A stretch of DNA of 64,000 nucleotides from Scenedesmus sp. PABB004 (taxonomy: Eukaryota), in contig CM026547.1 in assembly GCA_014905635.1 (NCBI GenBank), positions 4,278,001 to 4,342,000 of the forward strand. Reading direction: 5' to 3'. Below, piece after piece: positions 10,700 to 22,800 of the stretch (positions are counted from its first letter, which is position 1; every line of letters starts with the position of its first letter). Below the pieces are notes generated by a model. It made no database searches. It worked only from the letters and a program-made list of their open reading frames with translations, and was not told where the DNA came from. The position numbers and the translations under genes are program-made.

Positions 10700-11639
10700 G
10701 CCGCGCAGGCCCACGTCGTGCGTGCGCGCGCAGCTGCTGCCGAGCTGCCAGCCGGCGTACGCTGGCTACCTGGCGTGGCGCGGCGTGGGCCACATCGACC
10801 GGCTGTCGCCGGAGGCGCAGCACTGCCTCGCGGACAAGGGCACCATGTTCAAGGTGCGGCGGCGGCGGTTGCGGCGCGCCGCGAGCGCGCGCGCTCGCCG
10901 GCCGCCGCCCCTGCCGCGTGCGCGGCCGCCGACGCCCGCCGCGCCGCGCACCGCGCCGCAGGGCCCCAACCTGCACATGCACGTGCACCCGCTGCCGCTC
11001 GCCGACGGCTGCGGCGAGGGCCAGCCGCTGGCGTGGACGTGGTTCAACAACCAGGCCGAGGAGGAGCTGCCGGGGCTGCTGCTTGACCACGACCTGCGCC
11101 GCTACGACGCCGCGGTGCCCCTCGGCAGCCTCAAGTGCGCGCGCGGGGGCACGCCCGGGGGCACCACGGCGGGCGGGGGCCGCGCGCGCACGCGGCGGCG
11201 GCGCGGCCGGCGGGCGCGGCCGGCGGGCGCGGCCCGAGCACGACGCCGCCGTGCCGCCCCGCCCCGCAGCGCGGCCGTGGCCGACGCCGTCGCGGCGGCC
11301 GCCGCCGACGCGCTGCCGCCGCCGCTCGCGGAGCTCGTCGCGTGCAGCGTCGGCAGCATGGGCGTTGCGGCGGTGCGCGACCTCGCGCTGCCGTGCCAGG
11401 CGGTCGGGCGCGTCGCGTTTGTCGGCGAGTCGGGCTGCGTCCTGCGCCCGCACGGCACCAGCAGCGTCGACAAGGCGCTGCTGGACGTGAGCGGCCTCAC
11501 CGCCACGCTGCGCGGCTTCAAGCTGTGCATTGAGAAGGCCCTGCCGCGCTGGGACGCGCAGCACCTGCCGCGCAGCGTCGCGCTCTGCAGCGCCGCGGCG
11601 GCCGCGGGCAACCGCCTGCAGGGCACCGACGACTGCTGA
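9632..11639 (+). CDS. FAD-dependent monooxygenase (2,6-dihydroxypyridine hydroxylase-like group A flavoprotein), multi-exon
   Basis: AIVVGGGIAGL Rossmann motif, IYEA, LVAADG motif, PAYAGYLAWRG, GRVAFVGESGCVLRPH (degenerate GD motif). Confidence 0.85.
10654..10698. repeat. Intronic (GCCCGC)n hexamer repeat
   Basis: About 7 copies just before the acceptor of a monooxygenase intron. Confidence 0.85.
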
Positions 11640-12397
11640 GAGCGCGGCGCGCGCCGGGCGCGCGGGCGGAGGGCCGCGCGTCGCGCGGCGCCCCAAGGGC
11701 CGAGGCAGCCTGGCGGGGCGGGGGGGGGGGCGCGGGCCGAGGCGGGGGCGGGGCGCGGGCGGGGCGGTGGCGGCACTGCACATGCTCCGGCCTATAGCAC
11801 GCATTGACCCCGCTGCGCGCAAGTTCAAAAGCAGCAGCAGAAGGGCCAGGGAGGGGCGTGGTGCACGGGGCGTGCGGCGGGCAGGGGACTCCGCGCGGCT
11901 GGTGCTGCACGCGGCGGCGCACTGTTGCGCCGCCCTCGTTGTGGCGACGTGTCGAGGGCGGGGCTGCCAGCGCACGCGACGCGACTCCGCGCCGGCTCGG
12001 CCTCGCTGCGCGCGCCTCCTGTGAGCGCGCGCCGGCCCGCCGCCGCGGTGCGGCGGCGGGCCACGTGGCTGCTGCTGGGGCGCCGCCGCGCACGCGGCGC
12101 ATGCAGCATGCAGCACTGCTGGACGGGTGGAGGAGCAAATGAACGCGTTGATGGCATTGCGGCGGGTGCAGGAGGCGTCGTCGAGAGCCTGTGTGTTGCG
12201 TGCGTGCCGTGCTCTGACCCAGAGAGAGCTCCCGAGCCCCACGCTCGCCGGGCCCGCCTGCCCGCCGCCTCTGTAGGCGGCATATCGGGCGCAGGCGGCC
12301 CGAGGAGGAGCGTTGGACTGACCCGCGCCCACACCACGCATGCGCCGCCAATGCACGCACGCCGACGTCACTGGGGGCCGCTCGCGCCGCACCCGTG

Positions 12398-12415
12398 TGT
12401 AAGCCAGCGGTTACA
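12398..12415. terminator. Back-to-back TGTAA poly(A) signals for two convergent genes
   Basis: TGTAA on + at 12398-12402 and on - at 12411-12415, between the monooxygenase and the BTB-SBP gene; UGUAA is the known chlorophyte signal. Confidence 0.6.
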
Positions 12416-12556
12416 ACGACCCTCGGACGCAGTGCTCCGCGCTCACCGGCCGGCCGCCGCGGATGCGCCACGCTCTCGCTGCTGCAGTCTCCAGGCGGCG
12501 CGCCTGCAAGCACTCCCACACGACGAGCTCGCCTCGCCAAAAACTGCCCAGCCGCC

Positions 12557-15500
12557 TCAGCCCTTGACCCGCGCCGGCGTGCTTGCGGCGCCGCCGCCGG
12601 GCAGCGCGTCGTCGCAGCGCCCGCTGACCAGGCCGCTGGGCAGCACGTCCTGCGGCGGCGGGCTGGAGCCGCCGGGAAACAGGCCGGGCGACGGCTGCGG
12701 CGCGCCGGCCGCGGCGGCTGCTGGGTGGACGTCGCCGGCGCCAGCCGCCGCGTGCGCGCCGGGCTCGGGCGGCAGCGGCTGCTGCTGCTGCTGCTCCGGC
12801 TGCTCCGGCTGCTGCTCGGGCTGCTCCAGCGGCTGCTCTGGCTGCTCCGGCTGTTGCTGCGCGTCCTGCTGCTGCTGCTCGGCGGCGCCCGGCGGCTGCT
12901 GCTGGCCGCCGCCCGGCTCCTGCTTGACGGCCGCCGCCTGCGCGCCGCCGCCGGTGGTCGCGCCCAGCTGCGCGACGTCGGCCAGCATCTCCAGCCCCGC
13001 CGCCCAGCCCTGGCCGTCGCCCGGCTGCGCGGCGGCCTCCTCCCCCGAGTCGCCGCCGCCGCGCAGCGCCTCGCCCTTGCGGTGCCCCGCCGCGGAGCCG
13101 GGCCGGCTGCCCGCGCGGGCGCGGAGCGCGCCGCTGCTGCGCCGGCTGCGGCCGCCGGGGCTGGCGAGCGCCTCGCCGGCGCCGCCGCGCGGGCTGCCGA
13201 GCCCCGCCAGCCCCGAGCCGCCGGCCATGGCGCCCATCGCGCCCGCCATCGCCCCCAGCAGCTGCGGGCCAAACGGCCCGCCGTCGGCGCCGGCGGCGCC
13301 AAAGCCGCCGCCAAACGCGCCGCCCGGGCAGAAGCCGGCCGCCGCCGCGGCCGCCGCGCCGCCCATCGCCGCCATGGCTGCGGCCATGTAGGCCTGCTGC
13401 TGCGCGCTGGGCGGGCCGCCCAGCGGGTCGAGCCCGCCGCTCATGCCGCGCGTGACGTCCGCCCAGCCGCCGCCGGCGCCCAGCGCGCCGCCGCTCGCGC
13501 CGGCGCCGGACGCGTGCCCGCCGTCGCTGTCGTCCGCGAGGTGGCTCGCGCTGCCGCGGCCGCGCTTGGGCGCGCTGCTGGGCGTGGAGGCTGCGGGCTC
13601 GTCGTCGCCGCGCTTGCGGCGGCGCGCGTTGTGGCGCTGCAGCCTGCGGCGCGGGCGGGGGGCGGGCGCCGGCGGGCGTCGGCAGGTGAGGGTGGGGGGC
13701 GGCGGCGCGTTGTGCGCACGCGCGCGTGTGCGCGCGCAGCCCGGCTCACCGCGCGCGGCAGCTGCGCTTGGCGCCGTCAAAGTCGCTCAGCAGGTGGAAG
13801 CGGCCGCACTGCTGGCAGAAGCGCTGCTGCTTGCCGTCGCGGATGATGCTGCTGACCTGCGCGGCGCGGCGCGCCGCGGCGGGCGGCGTCGGGCCGCGCA
13901 GCGCCTCAGCGCCGCCCGCCAGCCCGCCCAGCCCGCCGGCCCGCCCGCAAAGCCACGCCACTGCAGCCACGCCCTGGACCGCACCTTGAGGTGATATTCG
14001 CAGATCTTGTAGCGCAGGTGGTAGTCCCGCAGCCCCCGCAGGTCCGTGCCGCAGCCCTCCACCTGGCACACGCCCTTGGCGTGGCTCGTGCGCCCCGCCG
14101 ACGCCGCGGCGGCCGCGACTGCGTGCGCCGCGGAGCCCTGCGCGCGCACGCGCGCGCGTGCGCGGTTGGCGGGCGCGCCGCCGCACGCTCTGCGCCGCCG
14201 CGCGCCGCCGCGCGCCCGCGCCGCGCGCTCACGTCGCCGCGCGCGCTGCGTGTTGACATCCGCCCGCCCGCGCCGGCCGGGGAGCCGCTGCGGCCGCTGC
14301 CCGTCGCGTCGTCCAGCGCGGCGTCGTTGTAGCGGCTGACCAGGCGCCGCGGGTCGGTGGCGCCGCCGGACGGCCCGCCGCTGTCGTCGCCCGCGTCGCC
14401 GCCGGGCAGCGCCAGGCCGTACGCCGCCGCCGCCGCCGCTGCCGCCGCCGCGCTGCCCAGCAGCGCCGGCGGCACGCCCAGGCCGGGCACGCCGCTGCTC
14501 GGCGTGCCCAGCGCGGGGTTGAGGCCGCCCGGCGCGAGCGCGCCCGGGTGCAGCGCGCCGACCGGGCTGATGAGCCCCCCGCCGCCCAGCGCCGCCAGCA
14601 GCGCGCCCTCGTCGCCGGCGGCCGCCAGCGCCGCCGCCAGCGGGTCGGCGGCGCCGCCGCTGGCGCCGCCGCCGCCCGGGCTCGGCGCCGCCGCGCCCCA
14701 GCCGCCGCCCGGCGCCGCGAGCGCGGCCGCGGCCGCGGGGTCCACGCCCGCCGCGCGCAGGCCCTGCACCGCGGCCGCCTGCAGCTCGCGCAGGCTCAGC
14801 GCGCCGCGCGGGCCGGGGCTGCCGCCGGGCGCGGGGCTGGCCGACGCCGCCTCGCCGCCCTTGGCGAGGGCGATGAGCTCGTTGAAGCTTATGCTGGGCA
14901 CCTTGACCAGGCCCAGGATGTCCTCCAGGTGGTCCACGTGCCGCACGTCCGCCACGATCCAGCGCCACGCCGCGCGGAAGAGCGACAGCTCGCCCTGGCT
15001 GTCCGCGAGGCCGCGCAGCACGTGCGCGAGCGTGCCAAACGCGGCGCCCGCAAAGTCGGGCGACGCCGCGACCTCCTCAAACCTGCGGCGCGGCGCGCGC
15101 GGGCCGACGCGCGGCGCCGCGTCAGCCGCCGCGCGCGCCTGCCCGCCCGCCCGCCCGCCGCCCGCCTGCCGCTCTGTGCCAGGCCCTGCCGGGCTGCCGG
15201 CCGCCGCCGCGGGGTCCCGCTGCACCGCCGCCGCCGCCCTGCCGCCGCGGCCCTGCGCCGCGCGCGCGCGCGCACCTGGCGTCGATGAACGCCACGCACG
15301 CGTCCGCGAGGTCGGTGACCTTGAAGTGCAGCGCCTGCCCCAGCAGCGACGCGGCGGTGCCGGGCGCGAGCGCGGCGCGCACGTAGCGCCCCGCCGCCTC
15401 GGCGAGCGCGGGCACGTCGAGCCGGTTTGCCGCGTCGAGCACCGCGACCGCGCCCGGGTGAGAGAGCGTGCACTCGGCGGTGTAGAAGAAGCGAATGATC

Positions 15501-16282
15501 GCCTCGAGCGCGTCGCTGTCGACGCCCCACACCGGCAGCTCCTCGCCCGCGAGGTTGCCCTGCTCGAGCATGTTTGCGAAGCGCCGCGACCCCGCGCTCA
15601 GCACGACCTGGTGGCAGCCGAGCGCGCGGCCGTCGGGGGCGATGACGGTGATGTCGGCAAACGCGCCGTTGAAGTAGCGCGCCAGCCCGCCCGCCAGCAG
15701 CCGCGTGCCGTCGACGTAGACCTCGGGCGCCGGCGGCTGCGCGCGGCGCGTGCGCGCGGCGGCGGCGCGGCGGCGGCGCGGCGGCGAGGTGGGCGGCGCG
15801 CCGCGCGCGCGCCGGCGGCGGCGGCGGCAAGGCGGCGCCAGCGCGCGGCGGCGGCAACCGCCGCGCCCAACCGGCGGCGCTGCTGCTGCCCCCGCCCGCG
15901 CGCCGCGCCGGCCGTGCCGCCGGCGGCGGCTTGGTTGCCGTCGCACGACGTGGGGCGCCGAGGGCGCGGCGCCACGGACGGCTGCCCGGGGGCGCCGGGC
16001 AGGTGGCATCGGTTCTGTGCGCCTCGCCCGTTGCCGCCTGGCACCGCACGCCCGCAGCGCATGCGCTCCTGCCCGCGGTACGTCTCGCGCATGCCCCCCG
16101 CCCGGCGCGGCGGCGCGGCGGGGCCTGGCGGGGGCGCGGCGCTGGCCACTACACTTTGTACCGGGCGAGCCTCGCTGCCCGGGCTCCCCGCACCCGCGCC
16201 CGCGCTCGCAGACGCCCCGCGGGACCCAACCCCGCCTCACCGCGGCCCCGGCGCCCTGCTCTTCCTCGCCGTCCGGCGGCAT
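12557..16282 (-). CDS. BTB/POZ-BACK plus SBP (SQUAMOSA promoter-binding) domain transcription factor
   Basis: [31 protein letters not shown]...[42 protein letters not shown]...[11 protein letters not shown]/..[36 protein letters not shown]; 5' exon assignment (MPPDGEEEQ) less certain. Confidence 0.88.
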
Positions 16283-16826
16283 CGTGATGTCTTCGACACT
16301 CGGCGCTGCCCCCTGCTGCGCGGGACGTGGGAGGGGCGGGGGTCAAGCGGTGGGAGTGAGGCGCCGGGCGGGGGCGGCTCGGCGGTGGCCGCCGCCGAAC
16401 GCCGACCGCTCTGCGGTGTTCCAAGCGCAAAGCCCCAGCCGCTGGCGGGCGCGGCGCGCCGCAAACGCTCCTGCCCCGGCCGCTGGCCGAGTGGGAGGAG
16501 CCCAACATGAGCGCCGGCAGTGGGGAAGTGCGAGCGCCGCGCGCGCTCGCCCGGCCCGGCGGCGGCGAGCGCTCGCGCGGTCGGGCGCGGGGCCCGCGCG
16601 CTGTTTGAACCGCGGCCGCCGCACGCGCCGCGCATCGCGCTGGCTCCCCCACAGCCGCCCCGAGCACACGCCGAGCACACACGCCGAGCACACACGCCGC
16701 CGCAGCGCAGGCAGGCCGCGTCGCGCGCTCCCGCACAGCAGCGCCAGGCGCAGCAGCAGCGCCGCCGTCGCCGCGAGGCGGCCATGCCCGCCGCCGCCTG
16801 ACTCCGCACCGCGCCTGGGACGCTCC

Positions 16827-19800
16827 ATGGCGCCGGGGGGAGCGCCCCTGGCGGCGCCCCGCTGCCTGGAGGAGGCGGAGGCGTTCGTCGGCAGGCGCTT
16901 CTGGAAGTATTTTGCTGCGTCGCGGGCTCATTTTGAGGGCGTCGTGGAGGGCATCGACACGGCGATCGAGGTCGAGGGCGGGCAGGTGGAGGAGGGGCTC
17001 TTCTTCCGCATTCAGTGCGTCCGCCGCGCCGCCGCGCGCCGAGGCGGCCCCGCGGCCCCGCCCTGCGGGGCCCCGCGGCGCCTCCGTGCCCGGCGCATGG
17101 CCCCGGCCGCGGCGCGCCGCCGAGCGCCGCGCCCCGCGCCGCGCGCCGCGCCGCCGCTGCCGCTGCTGCTGCGCTCCGCAGCTACCCGGCCGACGGCGAC
17201 AGCGAGCACATCGAATGGGACGAGCTGGCGAGGCTGCTGGCGGCGGCGGCCAAGGACACGGCCGGCAGCAAGCGCAAGAGCACGGAGCAGCGTGAGCGCC
17301 GCTGCGGCGCGCGATTTGAACGCGCGGCGCAGCGCGCACAGCGTGCGCGCCCGCGCCGCGCGCCCGCACGCCCCCACGCGGCGCGGCGCTGCCCCCGCGC
17401 GCCCCGCCCACAGGCGGTGGGCCCGTGCCGGCAGCGGCGGCCGCCTCGCCGGCAGCAGCGGCGCCCGGCAGCAAGCGGCGCCGGCGCTCCGCTGCGGCGG
17501 AGCAGGCGGCGGGCGGCGCGCACGCGTGGGGCGCCGAGGGCGAGCCGGAGGACGTGGCGGGCGGCGCGCCCGACGGCGAGGCGGCCGGCGGGCCGTCTCC
17601 AGGCCGGCGCAAGAAGGCGGTCGCGGCGCCGAAGCGGCGGCGCACGCGCGACGACGCAAAGCCCGACCAGGCGCGGGCGGCGGCGGCGGAGGAGCAGCAG
17701 CAGGCGGGCGCCGAGCGCGGCGCCGAGCCCGGCGCGGGGGCCGCTGAGGCGGCGGAGCGCGGCGCGGACGAGGACGAGGCGATGCGGGAGGCGGAGGACG
17801 ACGAGGAGGGGGCGCCGCTGGACCCGCAGCAGCTGGAGGCGATGCTGCAGGAGGCGGCCAACGAGCTCGTCAGCGTGCGCGCGCAGGGCCTGGCGGGGCA
17901 CCTCAAGGCCGTGGCGGTGCAGAACTTCATGTGCCACGGCAACTTTGCCATGGAGTTTGGGTGAGGCGCCGCGTCTGCGAACGCGCCTGCGGACGCGCGC
18001 GCGCGCGCAGGATGGCAGGCGGCAGGCGGCAGCACGCGGCGCAGCGCGCGGCGCAGCGCGTGGCGTGAGGGGCGCCGGGCGCCGCGCGCCCGACGCCGAC
18101 GCCGCCGCCGCTGCGCCCGCGCGCAGCACGCACGTCAACGTCGTGAGCGGCAGCAACGGCAGCGGCAAGAGCGCGGTGCTGCAGGCCATGCAGTGCTGCC
18201 TTGGCGTCAAGGCCAAGCAGACGGGGCGCGGCGACAACCTTGCCCAGCTCGTGCGCACCGGCTGCCACGAGGCCAAGGTCCAGGTGCGTACGCGCGCGGC
18301 CCCGCCGCCGCGTCGCCGCCGCCGCCGCGTCGCCGCGCCCTGACCGCCCCTGCCGCGCTGCGCCGCGCCCCGCAGGTGACGCTGTGGAACACGAACGAGG
18401 ACGCGTTCCGGCACCGCGACTTTGGCGACTGGCTGACCGTGGAGCGCACGATCCGGCTGAGCGCGAGCAAGGCGGGCGCCGCGACGAGCGGCGTGCGCCT
18501 GCTCAACCGCAACGGCGGCCTCGTGTCGAACAAACGCAAGGACCTCGACGCGCTGCTGGACCACCTCAACATCGACGCCTCCAACCCGCTCGCCGTCATG
18601 ACCCAGGCGCGCGCGCCGCTGCACGCGCTGCTGTGCACGCGCCGCGGGCGCGCGCCGCTGCGGGCCCACGCCGCCGTCGCGCCCACGCCGCGGCCGCGGC
18701 CGCGCCGCGCGCGCGCCTTTTGCAGGACACGTCGCGCAACTTCCTGTGCAGCAACGTGGGGGACCGCAAGAAGTTTGAGCTCTTCATGGCGGCGACCAAC
18801 CTGGACGACATGCAGGCGCACCTCGCCACCGCGCAGCGCGCCGTGGACGAGATGAAGGGCCACATCACCGCCATCCGCGCCGACGACGCGTGCGCGCCGC
18901 GCTGCGCTGCGGCGGGCGCGCGGAGGCGGCGGCCGGCGCGGCCGGCGCAGTCACGGTCGCGATCACGCCACGCTTGCCCGCTCGCCCGCCGCGCGCAGCA
19001 AGCGCGACGCCGAGGTCAAGGCGCTGCGCGAGCGCCTCGCAAAGCTGGCGGAGATGGCGGACCTGGTGGAGCAGCGCGCCACGTACGAGCGCGCGCAGCA
19101 GTGGGCAGGCGTGGTGGAGCGGCGCGCGAAGCGCGACCTGATCCGAGCCAACCTGGAGGTGCGCGGCCGCGCAAAGCAGCGGCAGCCACCGCTCTCTCGA
19201 TCGCCCGCGCGTGCGCCGCTGACGACCGACCGCCGCGCGGTGCCGCGTGCGCAGGGGAAGGCCCCGCAGATGCTCGCCAAGCGGCGCAAGATGGCCGAGG
19301 AGGTCGAGGCCCAGCTCAACCTGCTGCGCCAGCAGGAGGAGACGCTGGTGGGCCCCGCCGGCCGGGGCGCCGCGGCGCGCCCGGCGCGCCCGGCGCGCTG
19401 GCCGCGCCGCCGCGCCCCGCGCGCGCCTGCCCTGCGCCGCCTGCGGCGCGCCGCCGCTGCTGAGCCGGCTGGCCGCTGGCGCGCGCGCAGGCGGGCGAGG
19501 CGGCCGAGAGCCGGGCGATGCAGGAGAGCTTCACCGCGGAGATGCGCGCGCTGGGGGAGCAGCTGAAGCGCGCGCGGCTGGCGCACCGCACGACCGCCAA
19601 GGCGGCCAAGGCGGCCGAGGCGGCGCTCGCGGGGCGGCAGCGCGAGCTCGACGCGATGCTGGAGGTGCGGGCGCGGGCGTGTGGGCGGGCGGGGGCGCTG
19701 CGCGGGGGGCGGCCGCTCGCGCGCGCGCTCCCCGGCAGCCACCGCGCGGCCCGCCGCCGCGCCGCGCGCGCGCAGGCCCAGAAGGAGACCAACGACGAGC

Positions 19801-22800
19801 GGCAGAACGAGTTTGCCGCGCGGCTGGCGCAGTTTGAGGTGCAGAAGGCAGCGGCGCAGGCGGAGCTGCAGGCCGCGCAGCAGCGGCAGGCCGAGCTCGA
19901 GGCCGAGCACAGCGCGGCGCTGGCAGCCACGCAGAAGAAGCAGCAGGAGGCCGCCGCCATCCAGCAGCGGTGCGCGCGCGGCCGGCGTGCGCGCGGCGGC
20001 GCCCGCGCCGCGCCAGCCGCGCCGACCGCCGCCGCGCCGACCGCCGCCGCGCTGACCGCCGGCGCGCCGCAGGCAGCACGGCATCGGCGCGGCGCTGCAG
20101 AGCTACGGCGGCGAGCTGCAGCGCCTGCGCGAGGCGCGGGGGCAGAAGCTCGCGCTCTTTGGCCCGCACGCGGCGCTGCGCGCGCTCGTCGACCGCAACG
20201 CGTCGCGCTTTGCCCGCCCGCCCATCGGCCCGCTCGGTGCGCACCTCACGCTCACCGACGCCGCGTGGGCGGCCGCGGCCGAGGTCGTGCTGGGGCCGCA
20301 CCTGGAGAAGTGGATCGTGCACTGCGCCGACGACCTCAAGGCGCGCGGCGCGCGGCGGCCGCGCGCGCGGCGACTGTGGCCGCCGCGGCGGCGGCCGCGG
20401 CGGCGGCCGCGCCGCGCGCCCGCCGAGCCCCCGCCCCGTACGCGCGCGCGCAGGTGCTGCGCAGCCTCGCCGGCAGCCTCCGCATGCGGCCGCCGAGCGT
20501 GCTCGTCGCCAGCTTTGACCGCGCGCCGTACGTCGTGCCGCCGGCGAAGCAGCTCCCGGCGGGCTGGGCGAGCATGCGCAGCTTTGTGCGCGTGGAGCAC
20601 CCCAGCCACGCGCACATCATTGACAACAAGCTCATGGACCTGGTGCGCCCCGCGCCCGCCTGACCCCGCGCCGGAGGGCCCTGCGCACAGCCCCTGCGCG
20701 GCGGGGGCGCGTGGTGGCGCGCCGCGCGCCGCCGCACCGCGCTGACGGCGCCGCGCTGCTGCGTGTTTCCGTGCGCGTGTCGCTGCCGCCGCCGCCGCGA
20801 CGCTGCCCTCCCTGCCAGGCGCACTACGAGCTGTACGTGGTGGACCAGGACGAGGCGCGCTGCAAGGCCGCGGTGTATGATCGCCGCGCGGGCGAGGCCG
20901 TCCGGTCGGCGGTGCACGTGTCGGGGCGGCACTGGCTGCGCATGCGCCGCGCCGTGGTCGCGCGCAACTACTTCCAGGACAAGTGCGCGCGCCGTGCCGC
21001 GCGTGCTGCGCGTGCTGCGCGCGCTGCGCGGCCCGGTCGCGGGGCAGCGCGTGAGGCGCGCGTCGCGCCAGAGCCCGCTGCGGGCGCTCACCCGCCGCCG
21101 TGCCGACCGACGCTTCGCCCGCCCGCGGCGCGCCAGGGCGCACCGCATCGGCGCGAGCCTGGAAGACTCCATGCGCCACCTGCAGCAGCTGATCGACGAC
21201 CACCAGGTGGGGAGAGGTTAGGGTGTAGGGGCTCGCAGCCCAGACGGAGCGCCGGCGCCCGCGCGCGCGCGCGCCCGCGACGCGCCCCGCCCCGCGCCGC
21301 GCGCCGCTCCGCGCAGGCCCAGTTCCAGCAGGTGCAGCAGGAGCTCGTCGCGGCGCACGCCGAGGCGCAGGCGCTGGCGCGCCACGCGGAGCAGGCGCAG
21401 CGCGTGGCGCGGCAGGCGCTCGCCGCGCGAATGCAGGTGCAGCGCAAGATTGTCGACCTGCAGGTGCGCCCGCGCCTCGTGGCCCGCGCGCCGGGTTCGG
21501 CTGCACCCCGCGCCGCTCGGGATAGCCCGTGGCGCCTGCGGATGCGGCCGATCCCTCAGCCTGGCCGCCGCCGCCGCGCGTCGCCGCTGCCCGTGCAGGA
21601 GCGCATGCCCGTGCTGGAGGGCGGCGGCGACGACGACGGCGACGTGCTCGCCGAGCAGCAGCGCGCGCTGCGCGAGCAGCTGGCCGAGGCGACGCGCGCG
21701 CACGACCGCGCGCAGGCCGAGCGCGAGCAGGCCGACGTGGCGCTGCACCAGTGAGCGGCGCGCCCGGGCGTGCAGGCAGCGCCGGCGAGCGAGGCGGCGC
21801 CGCCGCCGCGGCTCGCGGCGCGCGCCGGGCCGGCGCGCCGAGCCGGCTGCCGCGCCGGCTGCCGCGCCGCGCCGCGCGCGCCGCGCAGGGCGCAGCAGCT
21901 GCAGGCGGCGCGCGAGAAGGAGCGGGACGAGGTGCTGACTCAGATGAGCGGGCGCACCGAGGCCCTGGAGTCGCTCGCCGCCGCCAAGGCGGACTGGGCG
22001 GCCAAGAAGGAGAAGGCCACCAAGAGCATCCAGGCGCGCGGCGGCGCGCGCCGCGCGGCCGGCTGCTGCTGCCCGGCCCGGCTGGGGGCCAACGGGCGGA
22101 GGTCGCGCGCGCGGGAGCTCGGGCCGCGAGCGTGGGCCGCCGCGCGCCGCGTCGCAGGACCTGGAGCGCACGATGGCGCAGCTCACAGGCGACCTGGCCA
22201 CGGTGGAGCAGCAGGCGGAGGAGCGGCGGCAGGCGGCGCTGCAGGCGCGGCGGCGGCCCTGCGCGCCGCCCGTGCATTTGCCGGCGCGCGGCCGCTTGTG
22301 TGGCCGCGCCGTCGCGCACACGCGCGCCGCTCGCTCGCCTCCCGCGCGCAGGCGTGCAGCGAGGAGGACGGCCTCGCCGCGCTCGAGGCGGCGCGGCAGC
22401 TGTTCACGGCGTACACGACGCAGCAGGTCCGCAGCAAGCTCGCTGGCAGCGGGCAGCAGATGGACGAGGAGCAGGTGGCCGCGACCGCCGCCGCCGCCGT
22501 CGCCGAGATGACCGCCGACGCCAAGGTGCGGTGCAGCAACGAAGAATGGCCGCGCGCCGCACCGAGCTGTGGCGGGCGCCCCACCCGGCCGCCGCGCCGC
22601 GCCGCCGCCGCAGGCCATCGAGGCGTACAAGAAGCGCGCCGACACGCTGGACCGGCGCATCCGCAGCGCCGAGGCCTCCGCCGGCGGCAACGCGGATGAG
22701 CTGCAGGCGCAGCTGGCCGCGGTGCGCCCGCGGCGCGCGCCGCGTGCCGCGTGCCGCGTGCCGCGCGCGGCGCCGCACAGCGCTGCGCGGCGCCGGCCGA

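Noticed and set aside
16078..16161. Two GTAC cores in the first intron region of the SBP gene (autoregulation)
   Set aside because: A 4-mer is too short to separate from chance without binding data
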